A stretch of 20,000 nucleotides of DNA. It comes from Clostridiaceae bacterium (GTDB taxonomy: Bacteria > Bacillota > Clostridia > CAYPLH01 > DUMO01). The translations under genes and the position numbers were made by a program. Positions 18,712 through 20,000 of the stretch are shown one piece after another; within the stretch, counting starts at the first letter, position 1; each line of letters starts with the position of its first letter. The stretch covers positions 53,379-73,378 of the forward strand of contig DUMO01000055.1 of the NCBI GenBank assembly GCA_012839865.1, written 5' to 3'. The notes beneath the pieces were generated by a model that was not told the DNA's origin, ran no database searches, and saw only the letters and a list, made by a program, of their open reading frames with translations.

Positions 18712-19731
18712 TTAGAAATTGTAGTCCGGATTTACAGGTTTGCCAATTTGGGAAGATTCAACAATAGCCAGGCAAACGGCGACAGTTTTTGCGCCTTCCC
18801 CGGCGCTCATTTCAATAGATGTATCGTTCAAAATGGCATCTGCAAATACAGCGAACTCCCTTACGGCATTGTGATCATTAACTTCAACTTCTATGATCTG
18901 CGGCTTAGCAGCCATTCTTCCCTCATCTTCGGTCGAGAAGAGCTGCATCGTGGAAGATGTATTGTCGCAGATGATTGTACCCTTAGTACCGTAGATCAAT
19001 GTGCGCATAGTATAGTTGCGTTTGCATGCGATGGATACAAAAACCTTTCCGATAATATTATTGGGGAACTTCAATACCGAGATTGTGGCATCATCATAAC
19101 AAAGATGAGGCATCATCTTGTGCGTACCATATGCAAAAACCTCCTCCGGATCTCCTGCAAACCAACGAAGGAGATCGACAGGATGGCATCCTCCTCCTAT
19201 CACACCGTGACGGATAGGATCTGCCCGCCAGTTTTCGGGATCTCCCAGTATGTGTGCATAGTCATGAGCATACTCCGACTCAACATAGTACAGGTCTCCG
19301 ATAATCCCAGCATCAATAATCTCCTTTGCTTTTACAAATGCAGGGGTGAAACGGCAGATTTGTCCTGCCATAAATTTGTGGTCATATTTCCTGACTGCTG
19401 CAATAATAGTTTTTAGATCATCCCTTGTAAGAGCAAGCGGCTTTTCGCACAAAATGTGTTTACCTGCAGCGAGAAAATCCAGAATCATTTGTCTGTGAAG
19501 CTGGTCGGGCGTAGCAATAATAACTGCGTTAATGTCTTTATTGTCAACAACATCTCTGTAGTCAAGAAACCGCTTGTCTGCAGGAATGTTGTACTCGTCA
19601 CCGACAGCATTAAGAGTGCTTTCCAGCGTATCACATATAGCACCTGCTTTGGCACCGTATTTGATAGCAGCTTCGAGATGGTTTTTACCCATTTTGAGTC
19701 CGATAACTCCTACTACTAATTTGTTTTCCAT
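18712..19731 (-). CDS. Gfo/Idh/MocA-family NAD(P)-dependent oxidoreductase
   Basis: N-terminal Rossmann-like strand, IIATPDQLH, LCEKPLA, CRFTP and C-terminal AGEGAKTVAV; substrate unknown. Confidence 0.88.
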   Translation of the reverse strand: MENKLVVGVIGLKMGKNHLEAAIKYGAKAGAICDTLESTLNAVGDEYNIPADKRFLDYRDVVDNKDINAVIIATPDQLHRQMILDFLAAGKHILCEKPLALTRDDLKTIIAAVRKYDHKFMAGQICRFTPAFVKAKEIIDAGIIGDLYYVESEYAHDYAHILGDPENWRADPIRHGVIGGGCHPVDLLRWFAGDPEEVFAYGTHKMMPHLCYDDATISVLKFPNNIIGKVFVSIACKRNYTMRTLIYGTKGTIICDNTSSTMQLFSTEDEGRMAAKPQIIEVEVNDHNAVREFAVFADAILNDTSIEMSAGEGAKTVAVCLAIVESSQIGKPVNPDYNF

Positions 19732-19956
19732 AAATTAAGTCCCCCTTAATTTAAAATATACATTTTGCAGAAGAAACTTTGTAGAGTGTGCAAGACAATC
19801 ATAAGTAAATAAGCAATCTTTTCATATTAGTCTATTAACTTGTTTATTAGTTTACCTTCCCTGAAATCTTAGTTGTTTCTGGTACAATGAAAATCGAGCA
19901 TTCCGGAACTTAAAAAACCCTGCATAAAATGGAAAAACTCCATTGCGAGCACCCCT

Positions 19957-19998
19957 AAAAAATAATACCCTTTAAGTTGACCATACTTGAAGGGAGTA
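19957..19998 (-). terminator. Intrinsic terminator of a minus-strand gene beyond the window
   Basis: CCCTTCAAGT/ACTTAAAGGG stem (19968-19994, one mismatch on the minus strand) followed on the minus strand by TATTATTTTTT. Confidence 0.6.
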
Positions 19999-20000
19999 AA

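Overview
This is a low-GC Clostridia-type (Firmicutes) chromosomal window, almost all on the minus strand. Read right to left it holds: a Gfo/Idh/MocA oxidoreductase; a beta-CASP metallo-beta-lactamase-fold nuclease; an iorA-iorB-paaK-ACT cluster; an uncharacterised P-loop ATPase; a four-subunit Vor/Kor-type 2-oxoacid:ferredoxin oxidoreductase with a YbhJ-type aconitase-family hydratase directly behind it; a membrane-anchored transglutaminase-like protein; and the 5' half of a probably Na+-coupled V/A-type ATPase operon (F/H-I-K-E-C). Two small plus-strand genes run against this flow: a His-rich YmaF-family gene, and a 54-aa membrane protein missed by the ORF track. I saw no tRNA, rRNA, CRISPR array or transposase. 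The least explained signals are non-coding: (i) a ~235-nt leader with its own near-consensus sigmaA promoter and a long-range ~20-bp helix upstream of the oxidoreductase operon; (ii) a hairpin-rich ~230-bp segment bracketed by an exact 13-bp direct repeat upstream of the beta-CASP nuclease; (iii) two long intercistronic stem-loops. All annotation is from motif recognition and by-eye pairing; no searches or folding computations were run.
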